From: Octopus bimaculoides
Lineage: Eukaryota
DNA length: 64,000 nucleotides
Assembly: GCF_001194135.2 (NCBI RefSeq)
Contig: NC_068992.1
Span: 65,436,039 to 65,500,038 of the forward strand
Reading direction: 5' to 3'
Shown here: positions 39,193 to 52,920 of the stretch, piece by piece
How the letters are laid out: each line of letters begins with the position of its first letter
How positions within the stretch are numbered: position 1 is the first letter of the stretch
Position numbers and translations under genes: made by a program
The notes under the pieces: model-generated
Databases searched by the model: none
Told to the model about the DNA's origin: nothing
The model's input: the letters and a program-made list of their open reading frames with translations, nothing else

Positions 39193-41014
39193 GTCACAAA
39201 GGCCGACAGTAGAAAATGAAATTATATATTCCATCAATTTTGTCGTTATCAATAAACATAACATTTTACACGGCATAAATTTTGCCAAAAGCTATTAATT
39301 TCATGCCTAAATACTCCGTAAAATATAAAGATGTTGAAATTAAATTGGACCAAAAATTTACAAATGGTCACGAGATAACATTTACATAAAAAAAAAATCT
39401 TTTATCGTTTTATATATGGGGCTCGAATAAACAATATTTTTATGGGAAGACCTATTCACACGAAACCAGTAGTTGCTTTTCTGACGCACAAATAAATTTG
39501 TACACACNNNNNNNNNNATATATATATATATATAGATATATATATATACATATATAGTGAGGAGGAATTTGAAAATTTTTTGCAGTACACTTTATGTGCG
39601 TATTAAATTTTACTCTCAACTCTCCGTATACTTACACAAATAGTAAAAGAATTGTTGTCACGAAGTTGCGTACATTAAGAAAAACACTGATTAAATAACT
39701 GTGCATACAATTGCATGAAGCATATGGTATTGAACATTTGAAATGTACTGAGAGAAAATACACCCACAAACTCACACATACACAAACTCGACCTACTGAT
39801 TATACAGAACACTCTCATTCTAATTTTCACATGCTCCAAGCTCCCCCAGTTTAGGAGGATTGAGAGAATACCTATGTCTATCGGCAAGAACAACTGCGAT
39901 TATAAACGCATGCAAATTATCGTACCGAACACTTCAATTCCATTTTTAAAAAAAATACACACAAAAAAAACACACTGCATATCTCTACTCACATTCACTG
40001 TCAATATACACACAATATCAATACTGAAACTTAAATTCCACCTATATATCCCACAGTGTACTTTAATTTTAAATTTCACTTAATATTTCAAGTCGGTCTC
40101 GTCAAGTATAACTTCACGTCATATTTTCACGACGATATTTTAAAAGTTTAAGCTATCACACTTTTTTTTTTTACCTTTGAATATTAAAGACTCAATGTAT
40201 ATATTTAATCAATAAAGCTTCTGCGATGTTTATGTATTGGGTAACTAAATTTATCGAAGAATTCGGGGAAATTTCTTTTCCTCAGGTTTGTAATTATTGT
40301 TGTAATTATTTTTACATATTTTTGTCAGCATTTATACCGGACTAGGTCATGTATTATTCAATACATCTCTAAACGTCTGCCGGTGTTTAGCAACCGATTC
40401 AATCAAACAGATTTATGACTGCCCCCACCCGCACACAAATAAAACCTTCCAATATATATATATATATATATACGCGTACATATATGTGTATACGTGAGAA
40501 TCGTTCCTGAATAGAATTTCAAAAAATGCTGATGGAAATTTGTCTAGTTGAATCATAAGACGAGGTTAATTGTTCAATCGATGTATAGCACTCTGTAATA
40601 ACATATTGCAGAGATATAGGCATATAATTATCACGCTTTACAATGCAAGTAGGCAGTCGTTGATTGGATACAGCGCAGAGGCACCGTCAACTCTGCATTC
40701 AGCAGCAGTCGAACAAGTGAATATATTATGAGAAAAAACAAAAATGTATGGCGATACACACATCTATACATATATACACATATACAAGCACATATATAGA
40801 CACAAACACATGTATAGATGCATATATGCACGTATATATAAACATACATATGTATACAGATACGTATATATGTGTGTGTGTGTGAGTGAATATACGTATA
40901 CATATATATATATATGTATATATATATATACATATATACATATATATGTGCATATATATATGCGTATATATATATATATACATATACATTATATATATAT
41001 ATATATATGCGTGC

Positions 41015-41108
<94 letters not shown>

Positions 41109-41460
41109 GCCGCATTTTACGGCCAGTTGCTATGAATAATTAATGGCAATTGCTGTAACCTTTAGAGGTAGACGATTCCATAATCATATTCCTAAGATTT
41201 CTGCAATTAACTCTACTGCTCAGCTTGATATTTTGGTTGCTCTTGGTTGAGCTTTTGTAGAATGAGGTGAACACATTCTGATGTGATTCTGTGCATGTTT
41301 CAGTGTCGGAGGGGACAGAAATTACCACGTTGCAGGTATACATAATCAGGTGTGTGTGTGTTTGTGCTTATCAGTTCATCTGTCTGTATCTCTCTCTCTC
41401 TCTCTCTCTCTCTTAGTCTATCTATCTATCTGTCTATTTAGATTTTTATCTTTTCTCTTT

Positions 41461-41809
41461 TCCTTATTTCAATCATTAGAGGCTGGCCATGCTGGAGCAT
41501 CGCTCTGAAGATATTCTAAAAGAATGAATCACCCCCTTTAAGTTTTTTTAAGCCGCGTGCATATTCTGTCGTTCCTTTTGAGGATCCGCTAAGTTATGGG
41601 GGCGTATATACACCGACAGTGTCTGTCAAGCGGTAAGGTGTGGGAGGGGCAAATATAGACAAACACACACACACACATATATAGCACAAGATATTGATTG
41701 CCCTGAAGCCATAGTAGAAGACGCTCGCCGTAGGTACCTCGCTGTGGCACCGAACCCGGTAGCATGTGGTTATGAAGCCGACTTCTTACCATATACCCAC
41801 GTCCGCGCC
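41461..41809 (-). mobile_element. Near full-length tRNA-derived SINE with internal (CA)n and a CR1-like tail
   Basis: Head at 41700-41809 (GAACCCGG...CTTCTTACCA), body CCGCTAAGTTATGGGGGCGT, tail GCTGGCCATGCTGGAGCATCGC. Confidence 0.75.
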
Positions 41810-43459
41810 AATATATATCGTGACATAATAATTTAGTGGTTAGACTGTTCAGTTCAAGGTCATTTATCTTTCAGTTCTACGTCTGGACCCTAATTTGCGT
41901 CGTGACTCCATTTCATTGATCTTCATTCTTCTCAGTTGATGATCGGTACAAGCCTGTACAGGTTAAATCCTCTCCGGTTCTAAATTTCACACACAGGATG
42001 TTACACTAGTACAAAACTTTGGAAGAACTGACTGAGAGGTCTTACCTCTACCTGCGGCAATATAGGCGCCGAAGATAATTAACACGATACAAGCTACTTG
42101 GTCGTACACGCTTGCAAGGAGGAGATCACTATATATATATATATATATGTACATTGAGAGAGAGAGAAGAAATCAGTATATGATTTAACTTATACAATAC
42201 CGTTCAACAAATTCGTTCATATTTATGCAATGCAGAAGATTACATGTTAAAATGGATTGCTATACAATTTGTTTCATACAAAGAGTCACACATATTCAAA
42301 ATAGAAAATCAGAAAAGTCAAACTTGTACCCGTTGGTAGGTAGGATAAAAACTAAAAAAAGACGTTAGAAGTACATAGATTTCCCCTTTATTAAACATAT
42401 TGTGATAATTTGTGCTTGAAGTCATCTCTCTTTTAAACAAAAGGCTCTTGTTCACTCACGTACGAGTGTACAGGATACTCCCATAACAATATCTCAAGTC
42501 TAAGCGAAACGAATTAATTCGCAGAAGAACGAAAACAGTGGATGCTGATATTCCGTCATTATTTCAGCTCATCCGCACTGTATAATCGAGTTACCCTCGA
42601 GACGAATTCGAATCGCCCGTCTGAGGTTTACTTGGATAGTGTGTGTATGCGTGTATACGTTTGTGCGTGCGTACGTGAGTCTGTCTTTCATGTGTGTGTT
42701 TGCGTACGTGTTTGTGTGCGTACGTGTGTGTGTGGTGCATGTGTGTGTTTGCGTGCGTGTTTCTGTGCGTACGTTTGTGTGTGAATATATGTACATATAT
42801 TAATGATGAATAAATACAATTTGCAAGCTGAACGAAAGCTCTTTCTCTGCATAAAGTGATTTTATAGAGCGCGGAATAATTACAAAAATGAATTTATGTT
42901 AACAGTTGTAACATATTGAAGTATAAAAATGGTTAACATGAAAAGTCGCTCGGAAATACACACTGTCTAGACTTTATGCATATATTAATATATTCGCCTT
43001 CGAATACGACTTTGAGATTCAAAGTGTCAACTGTAGAAGAATAAAACTGTAATGGCATCCTCAGCCGGATGTAAACGATGCAGACTGGGATCAAAGGAAA
43101 ACTGAAAGGATAGGATTTTAATTGGCATTTAAGTCTCAACTATCGAAATAAGTTAATAGTTACAAATAATGTGGCAGTTGAAAACATCACAATTCAAACG
43201 TATGTTTTATATACAGAAGAATGGTGATGTAATATCTATTATATAAATAAAATGATTATGAAACAGCTGCATACTAATGGAGTACACCACTCCTAGTCTC
43301 TCACTTCGCATCGCTCATCTGTTTAGCTTAAATATTCTCCACCATTGTAAGTCCTGGATTGCGACACGGTGGACTGCTACAGACTTAACTACGGTACATC
43401 TTGTTAGTCATGCATTGACGGAGAGCTTCATGTAAGCTCTCTTTTATTTATTGAATCTT

Positions 43460-43551
<92 letters not shown>

Positions 43552-43939
43552 CATGTGTATAGATATATAGATATGTATACATACATTCGTATATATATAC
43601 ATGTATATCTATATATCTATATATATGTACATACGTACATATCTATACATATCTATAAATATATGTATATACATACATATCTCTCAACATATATGTGTGT
43701 TTGTGTATGTGTGTGTATATGTGTGTACATACAGAGAGAGAGAGAGAGGGGGAGTGGGAGCGAGATCTATCAGTAGATGGATATACATCAGTGGATAGAT
43801 AGCTTATTCTTCCTTCTCATTTTTATATCCCTTTACTCTTTGGTAGATATAGACTGATCGATGGATAATAGATCAATATTTCGTTTTAAAGAATATCGAG
43901 GATTCGAATTTAATTCGTATGGAACAGCAACAACAAGTA

Positions 43940-43940
43940 T

Positions 43941-44004
<64 letters not shown>

Positions 44005-44011
44005 GATGATG

Positions 44012-44045
<34 letters not shown>

Positions 44046-44060
44046 TAATAATAATAATAA
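43940..44060. repeat. (ACT)n-(GAT)-(AAT)n compound repeat
   Basis: Directly visible. Confidence 0.95.
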
Positions 44061-45180
44061 TGCAACTACTTTGCATTCATTTGTGTATGTATATGAATAT
44101 ACATACGTATATAATATACATAGTATATATATACATATATATNNNNNNNNNNNNNNNNNNNNNNNNNNNNNNNNNNNNNNNNNNNNNNNNNNNNNNNNNN
44201 NNNNNNNNNNNNATATATATATGTATGTATGTATGTATGAATGTATGCTTGTGTGTGTTTATATTTGTGTGTGTGTGTGTGTAAGTAGGTAGGTAGGTAG
44301 GTAGGTAGGTAGGTAGGTAGGTAGGTAGGTAGGTAGGTGTGTATATTCCATCGTGGTAAAGTTGTATTAACATTTACCGTCGTGTTTTATACGTATATAG
44401 AGGTAGATGGAAAGAGATAATGACCGGTTTTACGACATGGAATAAATGAGAGATCGAAAGGAAATAATAAACACCTGGAAACAATGTATGGATTTTTATA
44501 AGGAAATACGTAATAACTGCATCAGGTAGAAGACCATTTAAGTGCATCTGGGTGTTTAGGTGCATCGAACATATTTTACATCGATCGAAATGCATTAAAA
44601 CCGAACCCTTCTCTTCACTTCGGTTATTACGTGAAATTCATAATTATATAAAATTTCCTATTTGCAATGAGTTTATTTTTAATGTCATTTTTATTTTATA
44701 TCATTATTATTTTTCTTGCTTTTTTTTCTTGTAAGAAATTACTTTTAAAACTAATTTTCTGTTTCCAGAAAATATTTAGCGAAAAGATTTTGGAGGAAGG
44801 AAAATGACACAGAATGAGAAAAAAAAAAATGGTTTTTTTCTGTATAGAAATATGTACTTCGTTCGGTCAAAAAGAATTTTAATATAAATTGATATTTTCA
44901 GTCGTTTCAGTAGATATCGCATATGACGTTGTTATTGTTGTTGTAATTATTATTGTTGTTGATACATAACTCTAGCTAAAGCTCGATGGTGCTAAGTTAT
45001 ATTAAAAGGTTTTCTATCTTTCAAGAAGCAACGGTAGTACTGCCTTGAAAATATGTAATAGAATCAAAACCGCAACATTACTAAAATGCAGCAAATTTTT
45101 CCCGATCTTCCTCAAACGCATCATTCAGGTTTTGAAGGTACGATGCGATTTAAGAGGTTTAATCGTTGGCTTGTTTGTTT

Positions 45181-45405
45181 ATGTCTTGCTACGCTGACAA
45201 ATCTCACCCGTCATACGAAGCTGTATCGGCCCCTTTGCCTTTCCCTTGGATAACATTGGTGGCATAGAGAGAGGAGGCTGGCATGCATGGGCGACTGCTG
45301 GTCTTCCATAAACAACCTCGCCTGGACTTGGGCCTTGGTGGGTAACTTTCTAGGTGCAATTCCATGGTCAGTCATGACCGAAGTGGGGCGGGGCCTCTCC
45401 CTCTT
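45181..45405 (+). mobile_element. Interspersed repeat fragment, probable SINE/LINE 3' region
   Basis: GC-rich block (CTTTGCCTTTCCCTTGGATAACAT...GGGCGACTGCTGGTCTTCCATAAACAACC...CATGACCGAAG) recalled as a common octopus repeat; no second copy in the window. Confidence 0.45.
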
Positions 45406-45458
45406 GGTGACTTAAATATGTATGTGTATATTCATGAATACGGATTTATGTATGTATG

Positions 45459-45492
<34 letters not shown>

Positions 45493-47569
45493 TGTATGTA
45501 TGTATGTATGCATGCAGATGTGTATATATACATGTGTGTATATATGCAAGTATTTTCTCGGTGACGTATAAAGCGATGCTACCTACCTTTGTCGTTTATG
45601 GGTAATTTATATAACAAATATTGGTCATGTTAGAAAGAACTGATATTTTGTATAGCTGGTGAGTTGAATAATCTACAAGGTATATAAATGTCCCACGAGG
45701 TAAATTATTGTAAACATTCTGTATATTTTTTTATGTGGAATATTTGTGGTCCAGTCTCTACGATACTTTAATTTACTGAAACATGTTCTCATAGCACTGA
45801 TTAACAGATCTATTGAGACATTCTGTGATTAAAAACCTTGCAAAGATAACAAAAGCTGTACCTGTGCGGTTTTACGTATATACTCACATTCGTTTACATT
45901 TGTACATATCTACATACATATATATAATCCATATATATGTCTGTGCATTTGTACGTATATGTATGTATACTCATATACACACACACACATATATATATAG
46001 TCATATATATTAATACATACATATGCATATATATATACATACACACATTGTCTCAAAAACACATACAGTGTATTACAAATATGTACATGTATATTTTATA
46101 CACAAAAATACACACATACATACATACGCACACATGCACAACTAGACATGTGTATATAAACACACGCACGTACACTCAAATGTGTGTGTCGGTGTGTGTG
46201 TGTGTGTATGTATGTATGTGCGTATGTATGTATGTATGTATATGTAATCTTCTACACCAGTAGTTTCCCGCCGCCGTCGTGTTACAGACCTACCTTGAAC
46301 TATAGATTTCTTCCAAGTTTATATTCTTATACAGGAATATAAATATATCTAAGATCTTGCAATTCTTTGTATTTTCCATAAGCATCAGACTTCCGCCGTT
46401 CCCTCGAGAAATTAGTCCACCAGTATGTTGCTTCCATTTAACACTGAATTCAGTGATTGAAAGAACTATAAAATGCTAAGTAACGACACCAGGTGAAATA
46501 AATAAAGATTTTAAGATGTTTATTAAGAATTATAGCCGTTGTTTCAACAACTTTTGCAGAACTTTCTGATTTTAAGATTACTTTAGTAAATCAGTTCTTT
46601 TTTGTGAATCTTGTTATAAATTTTTCCAACGAGACGTAAATACAAATTTGAAAAAAAAAAAATTTGTCTGCGGCAATGTGTGAGGTGCATGCCTGCGTAT
46701 GTGTATATATATATNNNNNNNNNNNNNNNNNNNNNNNNNNNNNNNNNNNNNNNNNNNNNNNNNNNNNNNNNNNNNNNNNNNNNNNNNNNNNNNNNNNNNN
46801 NNNNNNNNNNNNNNNNNNNNNNNNNNNNNNNNNNNNNNNNNNNNNNNNNNNNNNNNNNNNNNNNNNNNNNNNNNNNNNNNNNNNNNNNNNNNNNNNNNNN
46901 NNNNNNNNNNNNNNNNNNNNNNNNNNNNNNNNNNNNNNNNNNNNNNNNNNNNNNNNNNNNNNNNNNNNNNNNNNNNNNNNNNNNNNNNNNNNNNNNNNNN
47001 NNNNNNTATATATATGATAATGTAAATGATCGACATCAAATTATAATTCCTTCCAGTTTCTACTACACCACCAGATGCATCTCTGCATTTCTTAAGTGTC
47101 ATGAGGTATTCTCCTTTGAAACCGTCGAATAACCTTTGTATATATTCTTGCATAGCTTTATGACGTTTGTGCTTTAGTTTCTATTATGTTTTCGTTTAAC
47201 TGTGTCCTTTATTTTGTGCCACAGATGCACGCAATGTGAGTTGCGGTACTTCGTAGTGTCATATTGTTTTATAAATGCTGTGTGTGTAGCGTTGAGTGGT
47301 GAATGGGTAAAGTGAGTGGTGTGTGTGTGTGTGTGTTTGGTACCAACTGTTTCAGTTGGACAAAAATGTGTTGTCTGTTTTGTGTGTTGTAATGTGTTGT
47401 AACACACACACACACACGCACACTCAGACTCACACACAAACCTGTTAACACTTTCCAAGTCAATTCACCTAACTCTGGAGATGTAGGTAACTGGAAGTAA
47501 TTAACCTGGCATAAGTCAAGTTAAATATGTCACTAACTATCTCCTTTACTAATTACTGTAATTGAAATG

Positions 47570-48055
47570 TTTCATGATGCCAGTGAAAGCGACGAATGAA
47601 GCAATGATGGCGACATCGACCACGACACCAATGATGAGAACACGACGACGATATGGTTATGACAATGATGATGGAAATGATGATGACGGCCCCGGTGGTG
47701 GTGGTGATGATGATGATGACGATGATGATGATGATGACGGTAGCTATGCCGACGACAATGAGGGTGATGAGGAGGAGGAAGAGGATGAGGATGGAGATGA
47801 TGATAACGATGAGGATTATGATGGTCGATGGTGGTGGTGGTGGTGGCGGTGGTGGTGGTGGTGGCGGTGGAAGTGATGAAGATGATGATGACGATGATGG
47901 TGATGATAATGACACTGATGATGATGATGATGCCGACGACAACGACGTGATGTTGATGACAATGACGATGATGATGATGCTGCTGATGATGATGACGACG
48001 ATGATGTTGTTGATGTTGGTGACGCCAGTAAATATTTGATGTTGTTGTTGTTATC
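47570..48055. repeat. Imperfect (GAT/GAC/GGT/GAG)n low-complexity tract
   Basis: Directly visible; explains the overlapping poly-D/M/P/H ORFs. Confidence 0.9.
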
Positions 48056-49769
48056 AGAAGAAGATAAGTGTTAATGCCGGCAGCAGAAGAAAACGGTGTT
48101 AGCAAGGAACACCCAAAACGTGAAGAGATAACCGAACGAATGAGAGGCGATGGGGTATGGCAGCGGAAATCAACTTTCAAAAACATAAATATACATGTGT
48201 GTGTGTGTGTATACGTCTATTAATTATGACAAGTATATATATATATATCCGTATGTGTATGTGAGTGTGTATAATCTAGTAACAATAAATATGTTTGTGC
48301 ATGTATATTAATATAAGCATGTGTTTAAGTATAACGTAATGTGTATAAATAGATGTGTATGTGTGTGTGCGCGTATGTGTGTGTGTGTGTGTGTGTGCGT
48401 GTGTGTGAGTGCAACATATAATGGTCATAAATGTATGTGTGATTGTCAGCGCGAGCGCTTGTGTGGCAGAATATCGATAAACATGTTTCAATCCATGTGC
48501 GTTCGAGTGTTATAAAGCCGAAGTATACATGTTATATAGAGTTTTAGGTTTCTATGATTATACATATACATAGGAATACATGTTTGAGCGTAAGTGTGTG
48601 CGCATAAACGCATGTGAGTCTGCACGCCCGTGTACATACACATATATAGATACATATTTCATGCATGATCATATGATTAAGGTATCCGCCATTTAATACG
48701 ATATGGAAACAGCCAAACTAGCCTGAAGAAAGTACAATAGTCTCAATAAATTGTGGGTATATATGTATATTTGTACTTATGAATGTATGTATCGTTTGCA
48801 TACTTTTTTGTGTATATGTATGTGTGTGAATTTGTGGCTGTGTCTATATACGTTTGTTTCCCGGTGTGTGTGTCTGTTTATCTCTCTCTCTGTATGTATG
48901 TACGTATGTGTGTATGTATCTATGTATATGTATGTGTTTTGTTTGAATGTTTGTATCACTACTTTTGTTTTTGTTTGTGCCTGTAGTATGAAAGGTAATC
49001 AAGGAATTAGCCTAATTAAACGGCGAATGAAATAATGCAATAAAGAACAGAGATAACGAGGGAGAGAGAGAGAGAGGGGGAGATAATAAGGGCAGGAGCA
49101 TTGCATGGTGACGGTGTGAGGGGCAGTATAAAAGAAAGATGAAAGAGGCCAAGTAATGAGAAATGGCAGATATATAAGAAATCTATAACGCTGAGACTAT
49201 AATGGAATTGGTACGTTGTTTGTTATAGGTGGCAGCGGCGGCGGTGATAATAATGATGCTGTTGATGATGATGGTAGTGATTTTGGTGGTGGTGGTGGTG
49301 GTGGTTATCGCTGTTGTTTCTATTGAATTTCCTCACCTAGCCATATTCTTCATCATTTCAAAAGTAGGGTGCTGCTCATCGGTCATTCCGTACAGAAACA
49401 TAGGAGGATATATGAGGCCAACGAGTGATGGTCTACTCTGTAGTCAGACCTGCTAGATATAGCAGCTAAAATATACCACAAAGCATACGCCATCATCATT
49501 CCTTTCAAAGAGGAAAGGAGAAATTAGGTAATGTATTCGTACGTGCATTTAAATTGTGCTGTTCATGCCTGGAACGCCTTTGTTTATAAAACTGCCTGAT
49601 TAGGGTTGACTGGAGCTAAATATCATCAATATATACAATATATGTCCAGGTCGTCTAAGATTTAAAATGTGATAAAATCAGAGCTGTTATTTATCCGCAA
49701 TGAGCTAAATCTTATTTTAGGATGCTAAAAGATAGAAAGGAAAATGCGAAAGAAGATAAAGTGAATAGA

Positions 49770-49819
49770 CAGGAAGTGACGTCAGTTAGATAGGAAAGAA
49801 ATGAAACAAACGCCATTTT
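49770..49819. promoter_or_regulatory. Candidate cis-regulatory cluster: overlapping ETS-CRE site plus YY1-like site
   Basis: CAGGAAGTGACGTCA at 49770-49784 and CGCCATTTT at 49811-49819. Confidence 0.3.
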
Positions 49820-50535
49820 ATTTCTCGAGTGCAAGAAACGACGCAAAACCGAAAATATAAAATTTATTTAACATTTTTATGAAACATGCATGTATCTAAA
49901 TTAAATATACTTTTTCAATTACTGAACAAATTAGATTCGTGAATATGTATTCACGAATTAGTGAACTTTGTTCTCCACATGTGTTCGTGCAAAGAGAATG
50001 TGAACAATGCATGTTTGCTCCCTCTGTAATCATATTATTATATCGTTTGTTTTGTTTAGTTTTTGCCTTCTCCAACATCCAACTTTTTTCCTAATTTGCA
50101 TATGAACACAAACATCATTTATATCCACAAAATATTGTGAATGATTAATGGCACCATGAGTATTACTTACATCCTCTGCTCCGATGTGCGATGCTCAATC
50201 ACCAAAGATCTGTTACAACCCAAGTTAAACCTTACTTTTATATACAGAACTTTACGGCAACGGAACCGTTGACATTGCAGACGTTCCTCAAATAGCAATT
50301 ACTAGGCAGATGCTGTTACATAACATCTCATTAGGGAAAGTTATATAATCCAACATGGACCCAAATTTGTATCAAATAATTTCCTCGACATAATGTGCTA
50401 GGATACTCCGAGGTAAACTATATGTAGAAGTTGTATCTGCTAGAAATAAGAGGCAAAGCTTTCTTGAATTAAACCCTAAATGAGATAGTTCTCTATATCA
50501 TGAAGATGTGATTGTCACGCTTGAAATGTCTTTGG

Positions 50536-51011
50536 TAACACTGTGTAACGTGATTCTTGTCTTTGGGTAGCAACTGTTCTTTCCAATTTTTTTTATCTTT
50601 AGAAAGTATGAAAAATGGTTAATATTTCCTTCAAACACGGTTTTTGCTATGATATTTATTAAAACCTCCCGACACATGGTTATGATGCTCCCCCATTGCT
50701 CAAGCATGTGATGAGAAATAATGCACATATTGTCAGCCGCTGAGGGCCATGTTTAGAAGGTCAAGCAACTGACAAACAAATCTGTGGTACTAAGACGAAT
50801 ATTTGCGATATTTTTACTGCAGCTACTCAGCTATAAATCTTTCTGAAATGTAAGGGAAAATAGATCAGTTTCAAAACATTGACGTCCAGATCACAAATGA
50901 TAAGTTTGAAGGGAATAGTAGTCATTTCATTTGATTTCTAGATAGAAGCAAAGAGGAAATAACACTCACTGACCAAAGGCAAATAATAAAAATCTTGTTA
51001 CACAGTGTAAT
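50536..51011. repeat. Old degenerate inverted repeat (arms ~100 bp, spacer ~267 bp), probable ancient MITE
   Basis: 50536-50636 aligns in order with the reverse complement of 50904-51011 (ACACTGTGTAAC, CTTTGG, TGTT.TTTCC, TAGAAA, TATT.CCTTCAAAC). Confidence 0.6.
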
Positions 51012-51194
51012 AGATTTATAGTGATTGTCATTTCCTCAGCACCTAAACAACAAAAATGACAACAACGCCATCACATCGAATTATCATCAGCGAAATATGA
51101 AGCATGAGAATGTAGAACACATCAAACAAAAGGGTTGCTAAATTACCTGTTTAACTAATAGTTTCAAATTCCTACACAAATGTAGCACGTTGTG

Positions 51195-51370
51195 GGTGGG
51201 TGATGGGTTAATTCGATTACACCAAACACAGTGTTCAACTGGTTTTATCTCATCGACTCCGAAACGGTAAAAGGCGAAGTCGATGTTGGTGGAATTTGAA
51301 CGTAAAAACGGACGAAATGTCGCTAAGCATTTTTCCCTGCGCGCCAAAGATTCTGCAAGTCCACCGTCTT
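51195..51370 (-). mobile_element. tRNA-derived SINE (same family as 21085-21296)
   Basis: Minus strand: AAAATGCTTAGCGACATTTCGTCCG...GTTCAAATTCCACCAACATCGACTTCGCCTTTT. Confidence 0.8.
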
Positions 51371-51909
51371 GAAAATGGATAGATAATGGTAAATAATCTG
51401 TTATTTTATTCAAAATGTTTAGTGTTAACGGAGAATGTGGTTAAACAGTTAACAAAACTGTAGACAATGTACCGAATTATGATTAGGGATGTCAATACTT
51501 GCAAAAACTGTTAAGCCAAACCAACAAACTAACAATTATTCAGTGAATGGAAGATAGATGTAGTTAAACAAAAGAAAAAAGATTAAGCCGTATAATTTCT
51601 AGTGGTTATTTGTCAACAAATTTGAAGAAGAATCTTAGGCACGATAGTTGAAGTGATAATGGCAAGCTTAGATTCTTAAAGAATAAAAAAAAACTGACAA
51701 TGTCTCGAAGTTCTCCTAATTCATAATACATTTCCAAGTGAAATGTAAGAAATAATCTACCTAACTTACAGTAGAAGATCTCATTAGCGATGAGCTACAT
51801 GACGTAAATTCTTCAAATATCTTTATATTCTATTCTATTCTAACTGCTATGTACGGAATGTCTAAGCGTATATACTGTTGAAGAAATACGAAAAGACATT
51901 AAAGCATTT

Positions 51910-51980
51910 ACTTATAATCATCATCGTCATATTTGCTATTATTATTATCATTATTATTATTATTATTTTTATTATTATTA

Positions 51981-52060
<80 letters not shown>
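51910..52060. repeat. (ATT)n microsatellite, tail or target of the adjacent Dong-like element
   Basis: Directly visible. Confidence 0.95.
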
Positions 52061-52532
52061 ACTTCATTGTCTTTGCACAGCTTCTAACGCTGGCGATGTA
52101 CTGCGGTGTCAGCTGTTCGCTACCAGTTAACTAAGATAACACCCCTTATTTTTCGAGCACCAACCGGAGTATTTGAGCGCTTCCAAGCAGCGCTGTTTTT
52201 TGCAAGTACTCCACCCTTATTGTAGCCCCTATTTCATCTACACTGTTGCTCAGGTAGTAACACTCCATGACCACAGCATTGACTTGTTTGTTCCATCTAC
52301 GCTGTGTGTGCTGGCCCCTTGATGGATAACGACCTGCTGGAGCCGGGCCAGTTTCTCTGAGTCTGCTGAGTGCAACACCGTCAAGGGCTTCAGTTTCATT
52401 ACCACCGTTATTCACAATATTTTGTCGTTTTCAATGTCACTCATATGAGGTAGCGATTATCAGGTTGCGCAATTACCAGTGCTTTTGTTGTGACAACATT
52501 ACTAGAGGTATCATCGATCAGGATATGCGGAA
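52061..52532 (-). mobile_element. Internally deleted R4/Dong-like non-LTR retrotransposon flanked by TAA-type repeats
   Basis: ORF 52146..52415(-) fuses the N-terminal motif RRWNKQVNAVVMECYYLSN to the C-terminal IGATIRVEYLQKTALLGSAQILRLVLEK*; the 3' UTR matches 14472-14590; ATT-rich repeats lie on both sides. Confidence 0.75.
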
Positions 52533-52569
52533 ATTATTATTATCATCAGCATCATTATTATCATTATTA

Positions 52570-52920
52570 TCCACTCACAAGGCTTTGGTTGGCCGGAGGA
52601 TATAGTAGAGGACACTTGCCGAAGTTGTCACGCAGTTGGACTGAACCCGGAACCATGCAGTCGGTAAGTAAGCTGCTTATCACACAGCCACTTCTACTAC
52701 GGGCTTCTTCCAGTTTCCATCTGCCAAATCCACTCACAAGATTTTGGTAGGCCCGAGGCTATAGTAGAAGATACATGTCGAACATTCCATGTAGTAGGAC
52801 TGAACGCGGAGCCATGTTGCTGGGAAGGCAGCCAGTTACCACACAGCCACTTCGATGTGGGGCTGTTGTAGAAGACATTTGCCAGCGTGTTGTACTAAGC
52901 TAATGCCCTTACCACGCACG
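52570..52920 (-). mobile_element. Tandem cluster of 2-3 partial SINE copies
   Basis: CCACTCACAAG...ATAGTAGA.GA.AC.TG.C...GGACTGAAC.CGGA.CCATG...ACACAGCCAC is repeated at ~52570-52691 and ~52730-52850, with a partial copy from ~52860. Confidence 0.75.

Noticed and set aside
43421-43450. Terminator-like hairpin GAGAGCTT-CATGT-AAGCTCTC followed by T-rich sequence
   Set aside because: An 8-bp stem is expected by chance, and intrinsic terminators are not relevant in this eukaryotic context.
47553-48186. Acidic, proline- or histidine-rich ORFs
   Set aside because: This is an imperfect GAT/GGT trinucleotide tract open in several frames on both strands, typical low-complexity DNA.
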